Assembly: GCA_027623675.1 (NCBI GenBank)
Contig: JAQBVF010000007.1
Coordinates: 56,272 to 120,271, forward strand
Origin: Chloroflexota bacterium
GTDB taxonomy: Bacteria; Chloroflexota; Dehalococcoidia; Lucifugimonadales; UBA3495
DNA length: 64,000 nucleotides
Reading direction: 5' to 3'
The position numbers and the translations under genes were made by a program. Each line of letters opens with the position of its first letter. Position 1 is the first letter of the stretch. A model generated the notes under the pieces. That model was not told the DNA's origin. It did no database searches and saw only the letters and a program-made list of their open reading frames with translations. Shown one piece after another: positions 59,562-64,000 of the stretch.

Positions 59562-61175
59562 ATGATCGACCCCAATCTTGAATGGGCCATGTCCCTAAAC
59601 GCCGACGCCGATGCAGACGACGAGGTAGGCGACGCCCCGAAGAAACCCAGCGTAGGCAGCCTATTGCTGAAATTGGCGCAGCAAAGCGGAGCCAAGGTGT
59701 TCTTGGATTCCGATTCCGGCGAATATTACATCGCTCCCAACGCGGATGGGACTCAGGTATGGCGACTGAACGGCACGGACTCCGAAAGATGGTTGACCCG
59801 ACTTTGGCTGCAATCCCAGGACAACCCAGCACCTCGGGATCTCATCAAGACCGCGTTGTTCAACCTGGGCGCATTGGCCGACGATGCGGAATCGATCGCG
59901 CTAAATGTCCGGGTGGCGTGGAAAGACGGTCTCCTGTGGTACGACCTAGGGAAACAGGCTGTCTGCATAAGCCCCGAAGGAGCCGCCATCGTGGACTCGC
60001 CACCGATATTGTTCAAGCGATTCCCCCATCAGATGGACCAGGTTACTCCGGCGTTTCCCGGCGACTTCAATCTGATTGACAAGTACCTGCCCGTTGAACC
60101 TGGCAGCATAGAATCGTTACTCCTAAAGGTTTGGCTTTTAAGTTGCCTCTCACCTGACGGCCCGAGAGCAATCATGGATCTAGCTGGGCCTCAAGGCAGC
60201 GGCAAGAGCACGGCCTCCAGAACCATGAAGCGAGTCCTTGACCCCTCGCTCGTACCAACCATCCGCCGATTGAAGGACCATAGGGACCTACAACAACAAC
60301 TGGCACAGACCTGGGCGTTGTTCGCAAACAACCTTGACGGAATTGGGGGTGAGACCTCTGATTTGTTGGCCGCTGCCATCGACGGCGATGCCACTTTTCG
60401 TCGGAAACTTTATACGGACCAAGAGGCCCAGGTATTTCAATATCGACGAGTCCTATGCCTAAACGGCATTGCTCACACCGCTGAGCGCCCCGATTTGCTC
60501 GACAGAGTTTTGTTAGTCTCTCTCTCCCGTATCGATAAGCCTTTGGATGAAGGCACATTTTGGGCTGATTTTGAATCCGATCTACCTGCAATCTTAGGCG
60601 GTGCTTTTGAACTCCTATCAAAGGCGATTGACATCTTGCCGGATGTTTCGATACCGCGCCGGTTCCGGATGGCCGACTTCGCCAAGTGGGGGTACGCCAT
60701 TGCGGAAGCATCCGGTTGGGGAGGTAGCCAGTTCTTGGCGGCCTACGAAGGAAACATTTCCCGTCAAAGCGAGGAAGCAGTCTCGGCGAGTCTGTTGGCG
60801 CAGGCGGTTCTGGCGTTCATGGATGACCAGACCGATTGGGAAGGTACGCCCACCAAGTTGAAAGTCCAGTTGGATGTCATTGCCCGCGAGAGCCTTGGCA
60901 TAGACCCAACTGACCGGCGAAGCGGATGGCCTCAAGATGCCCCTCGCATGTCTACAGAGTTGTTCAAAATGGGGGTGACCTTGGACGCCAACCAGATAGA
61001 GGTCTCCCGGCCTCCGCGGACCGGAACCCATGGACGGCTCATTAGGCTGAGAGTAATTCCCGACACCACCGACACCACCGACACCACCGACACCAACAAC
61101 CAGGCACAAAGTGACAGTGGTGTCGGTGGTGTCGGTGGTGTCGTAACCAGCGGAGGGAGGCATTTTACCATATGA
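59562..61175 (+). CDS. P-loop ATPase/replicative helicase-like protein of the element
   Basis: GPQGSGKST Walker A, RRKLYTD, RPDLLDR, RMADF. Confidence 0.8.
   Translation: MIDPNLEWAMSLNADADADDEVGDAPKKPSVGSLLLKLAQQSGAKVFLDSDSGEYYIAPNADGTQVWRLNGTDSERWLTRLWLQSQDNPAPRDLIKTALFNLGALADDAESIALNVRVAWKDGLLWYDLGKQAVCISPEGAAIVDSPPILFKRFPHQMDQVTPAFPGDFNLIDKYLPVEPGSIESLLLKVWLLSCLSPDGPRAIMDLAGPQGSGKSTASRTMKRVLDPSLVPTIRRLKDHRDLQQQLAQTWALFANNLDGIGGETSDLLAAAIDGDATFRRKLYTDQEAQVFQYRRVLCLNGIAHTAERPDLLDRVLLVSLSRIDKPLDEGTFWADFESDLPAILGGAFELLSKAIDILPDVSIPRRFRMADFAKWGYAIAEASGWGGSQFLAAYEGNISRQSEEAVSASLLAQAVLAFMDDQTDWEGTPTKLKVQLDVIARESLGIDPTDRRSGWPQDAPRMSTELFKMGVTLDANQIEVSRPPRTGTHGRLIRLRVIPDTTDTTDTTDTNNQAQSDSGVGGVGGVVTSGGRHFTI
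61061..61143. repeat. Inverted 9-bp repeat array (putative origin iterons)
   Basis: (CGACACCAC)x~4, ~21-bp spacer, (GTGGTGTCG)x3. Confidence 0.85.
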
Positions 61176-61678
61176 ACGCGCCACAACTGATTCAAGAAGT
61201 CCGGTCGAACGGCGGTGTCATCTGGGTGGAAACGGACCGCCTCGAACTAGTTATCCCAGATAACTTCCCAGAGATATTGATTGATGAACTACGGGAGCGC
61301 AAAGCCCAGATCATCGGCGAACTTAGCCGCCCTTGCCGTGACGGCCACCTGGCCCCTAATCATTACGAATCTAACAACCCCGGAATCAGAGGCAATATCT
61401 CAGACCTACTTGCCCGCCTTCAGGCTGGGCAGACCTGGCTCCTAGACCAGCACGAACGCTGGTGCGTAGGCGACGCCACCGCCGCAACAGGCGCCGAGTT
61501 CACACGGGTGTGGAACGGCTGGTGGGAGCTTGACCACCAACTTCGGGCCGAACACGGCTTCACCGGCTGCATCTACGGCCCCCACGGGATCTGTCCTGAA
61601 GGATTCCCCTGCGAGGGCTGCGCCGGTACGCCACCGGCCAGCTTGACCGCGCAACTGGCCCTGAGCGATGCCGGGTAA
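61172..61678 (+). CDS. Hypothetical protein, Cys-rich C-terminus
   Basis: ATGA overlap with the helicase gene; CIY..ICP..PCEGC. Confidence 0.65.
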   Translation: MNAPQLIQEVRSNGGVIWVETDRLELVIPDNFPEILIDELRERKAQIIGELSRPCRDGHLAPNHYESNNPGIRGNISDLLARLQAGQTWLLDQHERWCVGDATAATGAEFTRVWNGWWELDHQLRAEHGFTGCIYGPHGICPEGFPCEGCAGTPPASLTAQLALSDAG

Positions 61679-61796
61679 AAGGTAGACCTGTGGCCCAGAA
61701 CGCCCCGCCCAGGCTTTTTGGGACGCCTTATGAACGATATTCAGCTACAGCCCAGGGGATAGACCCCGCTGAGCCGACCCGGAGGCCACCTGAGCC

Positions 61797-62042
61797 GTGG
61801 ACGCACAAACTCTAGCTTCGCCAAAACGGGGCAGGCCACAGAGCATCCCAAAGCATGTATGGCCAGAGGTGTTCCGGCTTTATTCGATGGGCCATGGCTA
61901 TCGCGCGATCGCTGACCTGATGATACCGCTGGGAGTCAGCACGACTAAGAGCTCAGTCGAAAGGCTGGTCAAGGGGCTGCCGCCGTACACCGGCGCGACG
62001 CGTCGCCGTGGCGGACCGAGGCATTCGGGCCAGCAGGTCTAG
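61797..62042 (+). CDS. Small HTH DNA-binding protein
   Basis: GRPQ..GHGYRAIADLM..TKSSVERL. Confidence 0.6.
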   Translation: MDAQTLASPKRGRPQSIPKHVWPEVFRLYSMGHGYRAIADLMIPLGVSTTKSSVERLVKGLPPYTGATRRRGGPRHSGQQV

Positions 62043-62111
62043 TGTTAGCAGGTTGTTGCTGCAAAGACCGCCTTACAGTCACTCCAACCTCGCATCGACC
62101 CCAGACCAGAT

Positions 62112-63122
62112 CTAGCGATCAATTGTGTGTAGACCGCGGACTGTGTTTTTTGAATCCCGGAAGTATTGCCGTTGCTCAACCGAACTCGATTTCTCGATTG
62201 CTTGGTCAAAATACCAATCCCCTGCAACCAAATCTCCGTTGGCGTACAACGCTGCTCCTAGAATCTCGTACTTATAGATGTCTTCCCCGAAGTTGTTGAA
62301 CACTTCCAGTCCGTACCTTAAGGCCCGCGCCTGAAGCTCGTCGTCACTCAAATAGGCAGGATAAGTACTATAGATCCAAGCTAGAACATGCATTGCATAT
62401 GCGTGGTGTTCATCGAATACGAGTGCCTGCTCGAGTAGGGCGATTGCGCTCTCGGAATAAGAATAACTCCCGGTTTCTAGATCTCTTTCTGATTCTATCG
62501 CTTCTTGGTATAAATTTTCCGCATCCATTCGGCCAAGTAACTGAATTACGTCGTCACGAACCCATTCAAGAGTCGAGAAATACTCTCGACCCGAGTTCTC
62601 AGTAATGTCAGATTTGCTATATCGGCCAACCTCTATTGTTCGATTACCTTGCTGCACGACGATGAAGAGAGTAATTTCGTCTGAAGGAATTTCATCTCCA
62701 TTGTCGTTGTAGGTGTATCGATCCGCTGCCGCCGTGAATATCTGATTAGAGGGCCAGTTCGCATCGCTGAATATATGCTCATATTCTGCGAGGTCAAATG
62801 ACATTACTTGGCGGGTTTCATCAACATTCGCTTTGGCGAGTTCAGGCGATGAAAAGTCGGTAATGATTACATAAAAATCAGGGCAATGGCGAATGGTGCC
62901 CGAAATAGCTGCGTCGTCAAAGAAAGAAAAGAATCCAGCCTCGGGATTTTTGATTGCGTATTCACTGAACACTTCATCTTCCGGTACATTCCCACCACAT
63001 TGAGGGAGAACTGTCGCATAAGGTGAATCCCCGATTGGTCGGATATCGTGACTAGGACCTCCCTCAGTCGCGCAAGCAACAAGAAGCATTAACGAACCAA
63101 GTATGAGAAGTAGTTGTCTCAT
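62112..63122 (-). CDS. Lipoprotein with C-terminal TPR-like helices (cargo)
   Basis: Lipobox LVAC; AIALLEQAL, YFDQAIE; AT-rich. Confidence 0.7.
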   Translation of the reverse strand: MRQLLLILGSLMLLVACATEGGPSHDIRPIGDSPYATVLPQCGGNVPEDEVFSEYAIKNPEAGFFSFFDDAAISGTIRHCPDFYVIITDFSSPELAKANVDETRQVMSFDLAEYEHIFSDANWPSNQIFTAAADRYTYNDNGDEIPSDEITLFIVVQQGNRTIEVGRYSKSDITENSGREYFSTLEWVRDDVIQLLGRMDAENLYQEAIESERDLETGSYSYSESAIALLEQALVFDEHHAYAMHVLAWIYSTYPAYLSDDELQARALRYGLEVFNNFGEDIYKYEILGAALYANGDLVAGDWYFDQAIEKSSSVEQRQYFRDSKNTVRGLHTIDR

Positions 63123-63584
63123 TTATTCCACTGGCTGACTCGCCATCGCCTCTAGTTCTTCTAACGTGAACCGTTCGGCCATATTGAGGACGACCTGTAC
63201 AGCCGTCAGAGGTTCGTTAGCACGGTTGGCTTCGCGTAAGTCACCATTAAGTCGTCCGACAAGCTCAAGGCTATGCCTTGCTTCCCGGATGGCGCCTTGG
63301 ACCTCTCGCTCGTTACCCTTGCCCTCAGCACGCTCCAACGATCCCAAAGCCTTCCCCACTAAGCTCTGCACCTGATCCAACAGCTTGCCACCGTGCGCCA
63401 GTTCTCGGTCTTCAGCAGCCGCAACCAGAGTGGCTGACAAGTGGTTCTGACTGTGTCGGCCAACCGCTGCCTGGGAAAGCCCGTGCTGACTCGCTATGAC
63501 TCGGTTTGACTCACCGGCCACTAGAGCCTGGTCAACAGCCTGTCTAGCCTCATGTGTGCATACTGTGCAGGTGTTTCCGCCCAC
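63123..63584 (-). CDS. HTH protein with N-terminal CxxC, small-terminase-like architecture
   Basis: CTVCTH..ALVAGESNRVIASQHGLSQAAVGRH followed by a helical region. Confidence 0.55.
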   Translation of the reverse strand: MGGNTCTVCTHEARQAVDQALVAGESNRVIASQHGLSQAAVGRHSQNHLSATLVAAAEDRELAHGGKLLDQVQSLVGKALGSLERAEGKGNEREVQGAIREARHSLELVGRLNGDLREANRANEPLTAVQVVLNMAERFTLEELEAMASQPVE

Positions 63585-63693
63585 GTCGCCCTCCCTTCCC
63601 TGATACCACTATCGCCAGAATCGATTGACTCTATTTTACTACGCCAGTATCATCCGGACGCACACCTAGCACGCGATTCGGTGAGGTTGGATT

Positions 63694-64000
63694 GTGAGAC
63701 TCAGGGCAAGATTGGGGGCCACTAAGGGGAATGGCGTCTGGAAGTTTAAGCTGGCGGGCTTAGTCTTATTGCTGGCCGTGGCTTGTGGGTCAACCTCAAC
63801 AAGTGAAGACGTAGATAAACTAGTAGCCGAAGGAGTGCAATCTGCGGTCGCTAGGCTGCCCGATACTACGGTGTCTCAAGCTAGCGTTCTTCCACCAACG
63901 CCGACGCCCGTCATCGAGCTTACTCATGTAATCTCAGAAAACCCCGGAATTGAGGTTTTTGTTGCAGAGGACTTGAGCCCCGAAGTCGGTCAAGTTGTCC
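63694..64000 (+). CDS. Lipoprotein, 5' part (runs off the window)
   Basis: Open frame WKFKLAGLVLLLAVAC-GSTSTSE..PTPTP; start uncertain. Confidence 0.55.
   Translation, partial: MRLRARLGATKGNGVWKFKLAGLVLLLAVACGSTSTSEDVDKLVAEGVQSAVARLPDTTVSQASVLPPTPTPVIELTHVISENPGIEVFVAEDLSPEVGQVV

Larger units (their letters stand above)
56729..64000. mobile_element. Integrative element / phage-satellite-like island (continues beyond the window)
   Basis: att site, integrase, xis-like gene, CHC2 Zn-finger gene, P-loop helicase, visibly lower GC. Confidence 0.85.

Overview
GC-rich bacterial chromosomal window. The gene content (several luciferase-like monooxygenases, GuaB3, DipZ-like redoxins, a small CxHHW zinc-type protein) suggests Chloroflexota/Dehalococcoidia, possibly SAR202-like; this is an inference. 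Housekeeping genes (panB, dnaE, guaB3, clpC, radA, moaDE, ogt, tag, msrB) and a stand-alone 5S rRNA gene are mixed with many catabolic and redox enzymes. Main observations: (1) three genes that the ORF track splits at an in-frame TGA are probably selenoproteins, each with a SECIS-like hairpin just after the UGA. Two are paralogous UGSC-motif proteins, each paired with a paralogous ~350-aa DGLPV..PPT/VMAGC protein of unknown function, and one is an iodothyronine-deiodinase-like protein. (2) An MscS channel is fused to a trehalose-6-phosphate-phosphatase-like HAD domain whose nucleophilic Asp is replaced by Ser. (3) A satellite-like integrative element is inserted at tRNA-Ser(TGA), runs past the right edge, and carries an inverted iteron-like array in its helicase gene. 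(4) There are two copies of a 272-bp MITE/REP-like element, and a decayed toxin-antitoxin cluster interrupts one UGSC locus. All calls come from reading the sequence and motifs; no database searches were run.
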